DNA of 64,000 nt from an uncultured Planctomycetota bacterium (lineage in GTDB: Bacteria > Planctomycetota > Planctomycetia > Isosphaerales > Isosphaeraceae), in the NCBI GenBank assembly GCA_963845755.1, contig CAWJTV010000034.1, positions 320,001 through 384,000 of the forward strand, given 5' to 3'. Positions 1-9,570 of the stretch are shown one piece after another. Positions within the stretch are counted from its first letter, which is position 1, and each line of letters opens with the position of its first letter. Position numbers and translations under genes: made by a program. The notes below the pieces were generated by a model, which saw nothing but the letters and a program-made list of their open reading frames with translations, had not been told where the DNA came from and searched no databases.

Positions 1-1496
1 TGCGTATGTCGAAGCCGCAGGACTGGAAGGCGCACCTGGCCCAGGTCCACGGCCCTTCCGTTGAGGTACGCCACGCAGGCCAGACATACTTGCGTAGTGA
101 CAATGCTCCCTTGCCCGGGGCCTTTTTCACTCCGGATGACCGGACGCTGGTTCACACCCACAACGAAGAGTTGCTCCGTGAGCTGCTCGAGGACCGCAAC
201 GCACCCGCTCCGCATCGGTCGTGGGACGAAGCTTGGAAGAAAGTCGCCAAGGGACAGGTGATGATGGGTCTCGAGACGCGCTGGATCCGGCGACGAGTCG
301 CTCATATTCAGCAGAATGGCCGCCCTGGACCGAGAACGCCTCAAGAAACCCTGGTGTCGCACGTCCAGAGCTTCTCTCCACTCTGGGAGAATGCCCGGTC
401 CTATGCCTTGGGGATCAACGGCAACGACAAGGGCTTGACCGTCGACCTGGTCGCCGGCACCGGATCCGATCAGGACGCGAAGCCCGTGGCCGAGACGATC
501 CAGGCCATGGTGATCCTCGGCAAGAATGCGTTGCATGGGCTACCGCAGGATCTCCGTCAGCCCGTCTCGGGCGGCGAGGGCATGGAATGGCTGCTCAAGG
601 CCGCTGGTTCCCTCCTGGAGAAGGCCGGTGTTGAGACATCTGAGGGATTCGTTCATCTCAGCGCACACTCCTCGGTCGACCTGGCCGAAGGGATCAAGGT
701 CCTGGTTCCGGTCGTCACGACCGCCCAGGCCTCGAGCCGGCGCTTCCAGAGCGTCAACAACCTCAAGCAGATCGGCCTGGCGTTCTACAATTATCGCGAC
801 GCGAATAATCGTTTCCCGGCCGCAGTCAATTTCGGCGGGAAGAGCGGCAAGGTGCCCTATAGCTGGCGAGTCGCGATCCTGCCGTATATCGAACAGCAGG
901 CGTTATACAACGCCTATAACTTCGACGAGCCCTGGGACGGTCCCAACAACCGCAGACTGATCGAGAAGATGCCCGCGATCTACGGTTACCCCGGAGCCGA
1001 GGGAACGCTTGCAATCCCAGGCTATAGCGCGTACTTCGTGTTCACGGGTCCGTCAACCGCCTTGAGTGTTGGCCCTCCCGGTGGGGCCGCGGGTCGAGCG
1101 GGCGGAATGAGCGCAGCGATTGGAGCGACGGGGCAACCTCATCAACCGAACGCCGGTCCTCCGAAGGGGGCTGGTGATCGTCTCAACACTCCTCCGTTGC
1201 AACCAGTTGACGCGCCGGTCTCAGACGAACCCGGCGTGCGCCAGATCACCGATGGAACGTCGAACACGATCCTGGCTGTCGAGTCCAGGCGCGACATCCC
1301 CTGGACCAAGCCCGAGGACATTCCGTTCGATTCCAAAGTGCAACTGCCCAACGTGGGCGAGTTCTCGGAGGACGGCTTCAATGCGCTCTTCGCCGACGGG
1401 TCCGTCCGCTTCGTGAAGAAGTCGATCCAACCGCAGGTCTTGAAGGCCCTGATCACCCGTGACGGTGGCGAGGTCATCAGCAGCGACTCATATTGA
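1..1496 (+). CDS. DUF1559 domain-containing protein, 5' end probably outside the window
   Basis: C-terminal DUF1559 signature 'SVNNLKQIGLAFYNY...[31 protein letters not shown]', 'ITDGTSNT' and 'FNALFADGSVRF'. The N-terminal half is an unrecognised domain. Confidence 0.85.
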   Translation, partial: RMSKPQDWKAHLAQVHGPSVEVRHAGQTYLRSDNAPLPGAFFTPDDRTLVHTHNEELLRELLEDRNAPAPHRSWDEAWKKVAKGQVMMGLETRWIRRRVAHIQQNGRPGPRTPQETLVSHVQSFSPLWENARSYALGINGNDKGLTVDLVAGTGSDQDAKPVAETIQAMVILGKNALHGLPQDLRQPVSGGEGMEWLLKAAGSLLEKAGVETSEGFVHLSAHSSVDLAEGIKVLVPVVTTAQASSRRFQSVNNLKQIGLAFYNYRDANNRFPAAVNFGGKSGKVPYSWRVAILPYIEQQALYNAYNFDEPWDGPNNRRLIEKMPAIYGYPGAEGTLAIPGYSAYFVFTGPSTALSVGPPGGAAGRAGGMSAAIGATGQPHQPNAGPPKGAGDRLNTPPLQPVDAPVSDEPGVRQITDGTSNTILAVESRRDIPWTKPEDIPFDSKVQLPNVGEFSEDGFNALFADGSVRFVKKSIQPQVLKALITRDGGEVISSDSY

Positions 1497-1663
1497 CGGC
1501 TCGTCGCCTCGACCGAGATCCGGCGCTTCGCCAACGGGCCGGGCGGCTCCACTCGAGGGAGTCGCTCGGCCCGCTTCGCGCACGAGCGCGCACGCACTGC
1601 CACGTTGTTCGCGAGCATGGTATATTGAACATTCGCGAGGCCCAAGGCGAGGGAGGACTTGAC

Positions 1664-2324
1664 ATGAGCACCATGATCGCGACCCAGTCGCGCATCGAAC
1701 GCGTTCCCGAGGACCTGCCTCGGATTGAGGTGACGCCGGAGGACTTGCTGGCGATGCCCGACGGCGGGCATTACGAGTTGGTCGACGGCGAATTGAGGGA
1801 GCGCGAAAGTGAGTCCACTATCCAAACTGGTCGCATTTGGAGTCGGCCGCATCCTTGGCAATCATTGCTACCAGCACGACCTTGGCTGGCTCTTCGCGGC
1901 CGATCACGGGTACCGCTGCTTTTCGTGGAAACCTCGACTGGTGAGACGAGCTGACGTCACGTTCATCCGAAAGGAAGGGTATCCCTGGGAGCAACTGTCG
2001 AAGGAAGGATTCACGACGATCCCTCCTGACCTGGCGGTCGAGGTCGTTTCTCCCAACGATGTGGTCCAAGAGCTTCTCGAAAAGGTCCAGGAATACCTCA
2101 GAGCGGGCGTGAGGCTCGTCTGGATCATCAACCCCGAGACTCGTACCGTACAGGTCATCCGTAGCAACAAATCGGGAACGTGGCTCGAGGCTGGGGACGA
2201 GCTCTCGGGCGAGGACGTGATCCCGGGCTTCCGCTGCCGGGTCAGCGACTTCTTCCCCCAGGAAGTCAAGACGGCTGCGGAGCCCGAGCCGGTCCCCGAA
2301 AACGTTAATCTTGATGTCGTTTGA
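1664..2324 (+). CDS. Uma2 (DUF820) family restriction-endonuclease-like protein, one frameshift at ~1806
   Basis: GGAGGA RBS then ATG 1664 'TPEDLLAMPDGGHYELVDGEL'; continues in the 1809 frame with 'PPDLAVEVVSPND...EYLRAGVRLVWIINP'. Confidence 0.85.
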
Positions 2325-2368
2325 CCCATCGTCTGCCTTGCGTGTCTGTTGCCCTGGGTAGACCTGCC

Positions 2369-4105
2369 ATGGCCGATTTCGACTCTACAACCCAGGACCA
2401 CCCACCGCGCGAACCGGGACCGCAGAAGGTGCCGCCGCCCGACAGCTTCTTCCCTGACCAACGGGTCATCGAGGGGAGCAGCTCCAAGATGGACTCGGAG
2501 ACGCGTCGGCTGCTCCAGGTCCGGCTCCGCGCCGCGTCCATCGTCCTGGTATTCGGCTTCGGCTTGTTCTTCGTCCGGTCGTTGTTCTTTCACAAGCCGG
2601 ACTCGCTGGCTGTCCTGTTCCACGGACTGATGCTTGCGATGCTGATCGTGAGCCTGGCTCTGCTATCCTGCAGTTGGCGGCCGACGCTTCGCGAGCTTCG
2701 AAACTTCGAGGTGGTGCTCTTCGCCACGCTCATCGCCTGCTTCATGGCGGCGCAATATACTCAGATGCTACGCCGGGCCTATCTGGGCAATCCGCTCATG
2801 TTCCTGGCGGCGGTTAAGAGCAGCGTGCTCTGGACCTTCACGATGATCCTGACTTACGCGATCTTCATCCCGAACCACTGGCGGAGGGCCGCCGGTGTGA
2901 TCGTCCCGATGGCACTGGCGCCCATGGTGGTCCCCTGGGTGCTGGGGAAGCTTCATCCCGAATCGTCCGCGATAGCTATCCCTGCGGCCAACCTCGAGCA
3001 GGTCAGCGAGCACGGATTGTTCCTGCTTCTCGGCGCGTTCACGGCGATCTTCGGCACGCACATCATCAACACGCTACGGACCGAGGCCTTCGCTGCGCGC
3101 TTGCAGAGCCAGTATCAGCTCGGCCCCAAGCTCGGCAGTGGCGGCATGGGCGAGGTGTACCTGGCGGAACATCAGTTGCTCAAGCGGCCCTGCGCCATCA
3201 AGCTGATCCGTCAGGAGCGTTCGAGCGACGCCCATACGATGGCCCGGTTCGAGCGCGAGGTCCGTGCGACCGCCCGGTTGTCGCACTGGAACACGATCGA
3301 GATCTTCGACTACGGCCGCACCGACGACGGCACGTTCTACTATGTGATGGAATACCTGCCCGGCCTGAGCCTGGACATCCTGGTCCGCCGCCATGGGCCG
3401 CTCGCCCCGGCCCGGGTGATCTACCTGCTGCGCCAGGCGTGTGAGGCCCTCAATGAGGCGCATGGGGTGGGCTTGATTCATCGCGACATCAAGCCGGCTA
3501 ACCTGTTCGCCGCCTATCGGGGTGGCCTCCATGACGTGACCAAGCTGCTGGACTTCGGGCTGGTCAAGACCTTGCAGGGAGACGAAGCGATCCAGCTTTC
3601 GCAGGAGAACATGATCGCCGGCTCACCGCTTTACGTCGCGCCCGAACAGGTCATTCACAGCCAGCCTCCCGACCGGCGGGCAGACATCTACTCGCTGGGT
3701 GCGGTCGCCTATTTCCTTCTGACGGGCCGCCCGCCGTTTCTGGGCGACAGCGCGTTCGAGGTCATGATGGCGCACACCCAGGACGCCGTGATCCCGCCCT
3801 CAGCGATCCGGCCCGGGCTCCCCGGGGACCTGGAGCGCGTCGTTTTGCGGTGCCTGGCCAAGAAGCCCGGCGATCGATTCCCCGACGCATCGAGGCTCGC
3901 CGAGGCGCTCGGCGCCTGCTCCGAAGCTGCGAATTGGTCGCCCCGGCATGCCGCCCGATGGTGGCAGGCCCATGAGGGCGATTTCGCTCGCGAACCGGCC
4001 CAGTCCGAGTCCGGGGGCTGTGAGCCTGGCGCATCCCGTTATCGAAGCGACGAGCCAAGCTCCGACCCGGCTCTGGAATCGGCCGAGACGCCGCGCCTGA
4101 TGTGA
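2369..4105 (+). CDS. Hanks-type Ser/Thr protein kinase with N-terminal multi-TM domain
   Basis: GSGGMGEVY, AIK, HRDIKPAN, DFG and APE motifs; about 5-6 hydrophobic segments precede the kinase domain. Confidence 0.92.
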   Translation: MADFDSTTQDHPPREPGPQKVPPPDSFFPDQRVIEGSSSKMDSETRRLLQVRLRAASIVLVFGFGLFFVRSLFFHKPDSLAVLFHGLMLAMLIVSLALLSCSWRPTLRELRNFEVVLFATLIACFMAAQYTQMLRRAYLGNPLMFLAAVKSSVLWTFTMILTYAIFIPNHWRRAAGVIVPMALAPMVVPWVLGKLHPESSAIAIPAANLEQVSEHGLFLLLGAFTAIFGTHIINTLRTEAFAARLQSQYQLGPKLGSGGMGEVYLAEHQLLKRPCAIKLIRQERSSDAHTMARFEREVRATARLSHWNTIEIFDYGRTDDGTFYYVMEYLPGLSLDILVRRHGPLAPARVIYLLRQACEALNEAHGVGLIHRDIKPANLFAAYRGGLHDVTKLLDFGLVKTLQGDEAIQLSQENMIAGSPLYVAPEQVIHSQPPDRRADIYSLGAVAYFLLTGRPPFLGDSAFEVMMAHTQDAVIPPSAIRPGLPGDLERVVLRCLAKKPGDRFPDASRLAEALGACSEAANWSPRHAARWWQAHEGDFAREPAQSESGGCEPGASRYRSDEPSSDPALESAETPRLM

Positions 4106-5292
4106 CCCCGGAATTCACGACAGCACCCCGCACAACCGCACGCGAGGCGATGCAACCAACTCCAACCTTTCCCGAGCCGAATGATGAGCGTGCCCGACGC
4201 GCCTGGCTGACGGAGCCGCTCGATGTCACGGTCCACCTGGCCTTCGCATTCGACGTCGGAGACGAGATCGACCTGGATCGCGCCAGGACGATTCTCCAGG
4301 GGGAGCCCGGCCAGTTGCCCCGGCGCCGTCGTACGCCCGAATCGATCGGCTACCGGCCGGCCCCGATCCGGGTTGAGGTCGACCCCGTCGGGGTTCGGTT
4401 GCCGGGCGAACCGTCGATGATCCGGCCGGCCCGCGGCGAGCTCACGCTCTTCGATTTCGGCGCGATCTCTCTGACCGTGCGGTTCTCGCTGGTGGCGAGC
4501 CCCCTGGCCTTGACCGAGTTGGCTGGCCGGCTCGCCGAACCGGCCCCCATGACCGAAGCGGCGCGTCGGCTCCTCGAACCGTGGCTCCGCCAGATCCAGC
4601 CGGCCGTCTCGGACTATGCCTTCAGCGAGATCAGCGAGGAATACATCGTTTTCCAGCTAGGAGGGCGACGCACCGGCTGGCTCGAGGATCGCGCCGACTG
4701 GATCGCCGGGCTCGTGCGCCTGGAATCCGACCCGCTCAGCGCCGGTGAGATCCGCGAGGCCACCCGGCTGAGCCTCTCGTACACGCCCAGCGACCTGGTC
4801 ATTCTCGACTGGGCCGCGGGGTTCGTCGCCGACACCGATTGTGCCGATACCTTGCAGGTCATCGAGTTCGCCAACGTCCAGCTCCTGGAGTTCCGCCACA
4901 TCGACGACCGTCTGGACGATCGACTCGAGGCGGCCTACCGGCTCATCCGTCCCGAGCGGCGATCCCGGCGAATGCCCCGGTTCTGGAGGCTCCACGGCGA
5001 CGCCGTGCGGCAGATCCGCGAGATGGAGATCGAGGCCACCAGCTTGTTCGAGCGGGTCAACAACTCGTTGAAGCTGATCGGCGACCACTACCTGGCGCGC
5101 GTCTTCGAGGTCGCCTCAACGCGGTTCCACCTCCGCGACTGGCAACAGAGCATCCGCCGCAAACTGGAGACCGTCGGCGACGTCTACGACCTCCTCGTGC
5201 AGCAGGCCGGCGGCCAGCGCATGGAAGCCCTGGAAATCACCGTCGTCGTGCTGATCGCATTGGAGATCGTGCTCGCTGTCCTGCGTCATTGA
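4102..5292 (+). CDS. RMD1/DUF155-like membrane-anchored protein
   Basis: 396-aa ORF with 'VIEFANVQLLEFRHIDDRLD', 'FHLRDWQQSIRRKL' and C-terminal TM 'MEALEITVVVLIALEI'; GTGA overlap with the kinase stop. Confidence 0.6.
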   Translation: MTPEFTTAPRTTAREAMQPTPTFPEPNDERARRAWLTEPLDVTVHLAFAFDVGDEIDLDRARTILQGEPGQLPRRRRTPESIGYRPAPIRVEVDPVGVRLPGEPSMIRPARGELTLFDFGAISLTVRFSLVASPLALTELAGRLAEPAPMTEAARRLLEPWLRQIQPAVSDYAFSEISEEYIVFQLGGRRTGWLEDRADWIAGLVRLESDPLSAGEIREATRLSLSYTPSDLVILDWAAGFVADTDCADTLQVIEFANVQLLEFRHIDDRLDDRLEAAYRLIRPERRSRRMPRFWRLHGDAVRQIREMEIEATSLFERVNNSLKLIGDHYLARVFEVASTRFHLRDWQQSIRRKLETVGDVYDLLVQQAGGQRMEALEITVVVLIALEIVLAVLRH

Positions 5293-5339
5293 GGGAGGGC
5301 TGTCACGTCGCAGATCCGGGTGCCCGGTCTCTGCGGCGC

Positions 5340-6749
5340 TCAGTGATGGAACATCGCGGCCCGGCCGACTTCGTCCCCTCCACTCGCGATGCGGGCCTGA
5401 TCCTCGTCGTGCGGCAGATGCCTCGAGCCCAGGAGGAAAAAGATACACCCCAGTACCAGGACCGGCACGACCGCAAGCATGGCTACGGCGAGGTTGGTTA
5501 CACCATCGGGCGTATCGACGGGTGTCGCGCCGATGGAGGCGAAGAACTGACCGAGCGACGACGCGGCGATGCTCGGTTTGCCGAAGAACTCGGAGATCCA
5601 TCCCAGGATGATCGGAGAACTGATGTCGCCAAACAAGTGGATGAGAAAGATGAAGGAAGCGTAGCCAGCCGCGCGGCGATTTGCCGGCACCACGTTGGCT
5701 GTCACCGTATTGCAGGGCCCCAGCACCATCGACAAGAGGACCGAGGCCCCGAATAAGAAGCCCAGTGAGACCTTGTAATCGTGGTCGAGAATCCCGACGA
5801 CCGCCAGCGGCGCTGCGGCCAGTACGACCGCCGCGGCGAGCAGGAGATAGGCCCGCCGGGTCAGTTTCCGCAGGAGATCCGGGAGAAACATCCCCAGCAA
5901 GATGCCGAGGATCCCGGCGCCGACCAACAGAAGACCAATCCAGAATCCGGCGTCCCCTGCCGAGAGACCATACACGCGTTGATAGTAAGTCGAGCCCCAG
6001 GCCGCATACGCGCCGGTCGCGAAGGTGACTGCCGCCATGCCGGCGGTGTTGTAGAGGAACGTTGGCGTCTTGAACAGGACGAGGTATTCTTTCAGACTGG
6101 GTCGATCCACGAACTTGGCGCCCGCGCTGCCTTCCGACGCCCCTCGGCCGGGATCCATGATGGCCAGGCCCGCGAGTGCGGCCAGGAGCCCGGGCATCCC
6201 GACGACGAAGAAGACCGCCTGCCACCCCAGCCGATCCGCGATCGATCCTCCCAGGATGTATCCCAGGGCCGTTCCGACGGGTAGGGCCAGGTAATAGACT
6301 CCCATCGCCCGGCCCCGCTCCTTGATCGAGAACAGGTCCGCGATCAGCGCCGGCGCGATCGCGCCGTAGCTGGCCTCTCCCAGGCCCAGGAGTGCCCGCC
6401 AGAAGAACATATGATAGAAGTCGGCCGAAAACGCCGTGAAGACCGTGGCGAAGCTCCAGAGCCCGACTCCCCCCGCGAGCAGCAGCTTGCGACTATAACG
6501 ATCCCCCATCCAGCCCATCACCGGCGAGACGATGGTATACACAATCATGAACGAGACGCCAAGAACGCCGAACCAGTAATCGTTGATGTTCAAAGCCGTT
6601 TGGATATGAGTTCCGGCCGCGAAGAATGAGAAACGATCGATGTAGTTCAACAGGTTCATCGCGAACAGGACAGCCAGAGCGAAATACTTACCGCCGAATA
6701 CCGGCAGCCTCGCCGTTTCCTTGACCATTTCAGGCTTCGGGGGATGCAT
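5340..6749 (-). CDS. MFS transporter, spinster-like
   Basis: 'NLLNYIDR', 'GWMGDRYSRK' (MFS motif A) and 'RALLGLGEASY'; about 12 TM segments. Confidence 0.9.
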   Translation of the reverse strand: MHPPKPEMVKETARLPVFGGKYFALAVLFAMNLLNYIDRFSFFAAGTHIQTALNINDYWFGVLGVSFMIVYTIVSPVMGWMGDRYSRKLLLAGGVGLWSFATVFTAFSADFYHMFFWRALLGLGEASYGAIAPALIADLFSIKERGRAMGVYYLALPVGTALGYILGGSIADRLGWQAVFFVVGMPGLLAALAGLAIMDPGRGASEGSAGAKFVDRPSLKEYLVLFKTPTFLYNTAGMAAVTFATGAYAAWGSTYYQRVYGLSAGDAGFWIGLLLVGAGILGILLGMFLPDLLRKLTRRAYLLLAAAVVLAAAPLAVVGILDHDYKVSLGFLFGASVLLSMVLGPCNTVTANVVPANRRAAGYASFIFLIHLFGDISSPIILGWISEFFGKPSIAASSLGQFFASIGATPVDTPDGVTNLAVAMLAVVPVLVLGCIFFLLGSRHLPHDEDQARIASGGDEVGRAAMFHH

Positions 6750-6974
6750 TACCAGGTAACCTCGCCGAAAGAAGAATGGATGATTCGAGATCCCACGTTA
6801 TACCGTGTGGATGGCAGGTTGCGAAAGTCATGTCCAGCCGTCCGTTGATCGCCGACACGCAAGGCAAGCCGGGGACGCCCCCACCGCGCGACATCGCGGA
6901 TCGGCGGGTCGGACCCAAGGAACTGGGGCTGATCTTTGGCCTGGGCCGGATGTCGGAAGGGCCCCCGACTCCGG

Positions 6975-7811
6975 TCACACGGCCGCCGACATCGTCGCGT
7001 CGTGGGGAACGTATTCGAATCGGGCACACTGCGTGAAGAACGATAGGGGATTGTCGTGGACGATCTTGCGGATGATCGCGTCGTCGTGGCCGCGCCGGCG
7101 CATCTCGAAGATGAACTCGGGAACCGCCAGGGGATCGCTGTGTCCCCAGTCGCCGGCCGAGTTGACCATGACCCGATCCGGGCCGTAGACCTCGATCATG
7201 TCGGCAGCCCGCTGGGGGGTGCACTTGGTGATCGGATAGAGCGTCATGCCGACCCAGTGGCCGGCATCGAGCGCGGCGCGGATCGTGTGCTCTTCCACAT
7301 GATCGATGCACACCCGCTCCGGACGGATCCGCACGTCATCCCGCAGCATGTCCAGGATCATCCGCGTCCCCTGGTACTTGTCGGCCAGGTGCGGCGTGTG
7401 GACGAGGATCAGCTCATCTGTCCGCGCAGCCAGGTCGAGATGCTCGAGGAACACGGTCGACTCGTTGCGCGTGTTCTTGTTCAGGCCGATCTCACCGATC
7501 CCGAGCACTCCCGGCCGGTCGAGGAACTCCGGGATCATCGCGATCACCTCGCGCGACAGCGCGACATTCTCGGCCTCCTTGGCGTTGATGCAGAGCCAGC
7601 ATTGATGCGCGATGCCGTAGACCGCGGCCCGCTTGGGCTCGTACTCGGTCAACTGGCGGAAGTAGTCGCGAAAGCCTTCGGCGCCCGAGCGGTCGAACCC
7701 CGCCCAGAACGCCGGCTCGCTGACCATCTCGCAGCCGGCCAGCGCCATGCGCTTGTAGTCGTCGGTCACGCGAGAGACCATGTGAATGTGCGGATCGATG
7801 TAGGCGGTCAT
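6975..7811 (-). CDS. TatD-family metal-dependent hydrolase (EboB-like subfamily)
   Basis: '[14 protein letters not shown]', 'IGEIG', 'HTPH', 'IDH' and 'NSAGDWG' motifs. Confidence 0.85.
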   Translation of the reverse strand: MTAYIDPHIHMVSRVTDDYKRMALAGCEMVSEPAFWAGFDRSGAEGFRDYFRQLTEYEPKRAAVYGIAHQCWLCINAKEAENVALSREVIAMIPEFLDRPGVLGIGEIGLNKNTRNESTVFLEHLDLAARTDELILVHTPHLADKYQGTRMILDMLRDDVRIRPERVCIDHVEEHTIRAALDAGHWVGMTLYPITKCTPQRAADMIEVYGPDRVMVNSAGDWGHSDPLAVPEFIFEMRRRGHDDAIIRKIVHDNPLSFFTQCARFEYVPHDATMSAAV

Positions 7812-7827
7812 AGGATGTAGCTCCAGG

Positions 7828-8400
7828 TCACGCTGGCCAGGGATGAACGAGGCCGATCACGTTCACCAGGTGATTGCGTACAGCTCGGTCGGTTGCTCGT
7901 CCTAACCTCAGGAAGAAATCGGGAAGTTGGCTGGAATAGTCATTATTAACCAGCGGTCGCGGATTGATCCCGTGGGCGATCTGGTGACGCAGCCGCATCG
8001 CCGCTGCTAGTCGCTGGATGGCTTGTCCCGAGGCGCAGTTCTGCCAGACCCACGATTGCTGCACATCTTGCAGGCCGAGCGCGTCGGAGAGAAGCATTCG
8101 CACGTTTTCCATGTTGGGGTTGTTGAACCGTCCCAACTGGCCGTGTATCCAAGCATTGTGTACGGACCACGCACCCCGGGGAGGGACCGCAGGCCGCATG
8201 ACGACGATCGATTCACGGACCAGCTCTTCGATGTAAGCTTCCCAGGCGGAAACGCAGATCACCACGGTTGCGCGGTTCAAAGACGCCAGCCCGTACTGGC
8301 GCCCGGGTCTACCCGTTTTCAGACGGTCGTGGGCCGAATCCAGCTCCCTGGCGTCCTTGAACAGCTGTTGCAGATGGACTGTGAACGCATCGGAGGCCAA
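7828..8400 (-). CDS. HEPN domain protein (RiboL-PSP-HEPN-like), putative RNase
   Basis: Rx4H motif 'RHQIAH' near the C-terminus, helical '[15 protein letters not shown]' and 'RFNNPN'. Confidence 0.75.
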   Translation of the reverse strand: MASDAFTVHLQQLFKDARELDSAHDRLKTGRPGRQYGLASLNRATVVICVSAWEAYIEELVRESIVVMRPAVPPRGAWSVHNAWIHGQLGRFNNPNMENVRMLLSDALGLQDVQQSWVWQNCASGQAIQRLAAAMRLRHQIAHGINPRPLVNNDYSSQLPDFFLRLGRATDRAVRNHLVNVIGLVHPWPA

Positions 8401-8409
8401 GGCGTCACC

Positions 8410-8886
8410 CTACTTTCGCGCCCGGGTCGGTTTTCGCAGGTGCTGGTCCAGCTCGTCCACATCGATCTGACTCTCCTCCAACTTAACCAGTCCGTCTGTC
8501 AGGGTTGAGGCAAACGATCCGAGCCCGACGATGAAGGACCTGGCCGATTCCGGCTCGTCGAACTCGTCCTTGATCTCCACAAATCGCGCGGCCAAGTCTT
8601 GCGTGCCGAAGTATTGAAGACCGAGATAAACGATCAGAATGAGCTGGTAGACCAGATCCTCCGAAAGCCTCTCCAGGAGCTCGCGGATCTGGGCTTTTTG
8701 AGGAATCGGCGGTTCCGGATCTTCCCAGGGACCCACGAGCGGCCAATCTGCGTAGAACTTTGGGAGCTCGTTAAAAACGTAGTCGCTGCGCTCTTCGTCC
8801 AGGCGGATCAATTTCGGAATGACTTCCGAGAGCTTCGGGGCACCTTTCTTCTCAGCCGGTGCTCGTCTGGGATGTCGGGGTTTCAT
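8410..8886 (-). CDS. DUF3775-like protein
   Basis: GAGGA RBS; 'IRELLERLSEDLVYQLILIVYLG...LTDGLVKL' resembles the DUF3775 pattern; basic N- and C-termini around an acidic core. Confidence 0.5.
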   Translation of the reverse strand: MKPRHPRRAPAEKKGAPKLSEVIPKLIRLDEERSDYVFNELPKFYADWPLVGPWEDPEPPIPQKAQIRELLERLSEDLVYQLILIVYLGLQYFGTQDLAARFVEIKDEFDEPESARSFIVGLGSFASTLTDGLVKLEESQIDVDELDQHLRKPTRARK

Positions 8887-8950
8887 GCTCGTCCTCGAGA
8901 TCGCGCCGTGGAAACGTCGTCCACTGTCATTGATGGGAGTCGGCGCCGAG

Positions 8951-9234
8951 TCAACGGCCGTGGGCCCGAGATCGGAGTAGGCTCATTTTCTCGCGCCAGG
9001 CGGGGTTGTAATCCAGCGAGAAGATCCGCTGAATCGTCTCGGCGCGTCCAGGACCGGGTTCGACGAGGGCCTCGAGGGCGCGCCGGAGCTGACTAAGTCG
9101 GGCATCCGGGTGTTCGTTGTGCCGCGCCGGGCGCGGTCGATCCGGTCGAGGGTGGCGGCGATTTCCAGAATCTTGCACCGCGCCTCGAGGAAATCGTGGT
9201 CGAGGACCTCGGCCGCATCGCGTTTGTTGAGCAT
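8951..9234 (-). CDS. Small conserved planctomycete hypothetical protein, frameshift at ~9130
   Basis: GGAGG RBS; 'VLDHDFLEARCKILEIAATLDRIDRA' joins 'DARLSQLRRALEAL...RAETIQRIFSLDY' in another frame. Confidence 0.65.
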
Positions 9235-9570
9235 CTCTTGCGTCCTCCGTCACCTGAGGGGTCTCGATCTATCATGGCAGAACCGGTTTCCCCGTGCAAA
9301 TCGCTCGCGTTCGAGGAAGCGATCTGGCGGGCTGCTTGACTTGGAAGAAACCTTCCATCCTCGAGCCCGCAACCCCTCGCCGCAGGCCATCCCGCCAACG
9401 GACTTTTCGCCATAACATGAATCCCTGTAATGAGAAGGCCAGATTATGTCCGGGCGTCTCCTTGGTTCCGAGTTTTCGATCTGGTATGGTGGTTGTCATG
9501 ACGCCGCGGTTGCCGATTCTGGCAATCAACGCAGTGGCGCTCCCTTTGCTGATCGAGAAGGAGACAAGCG

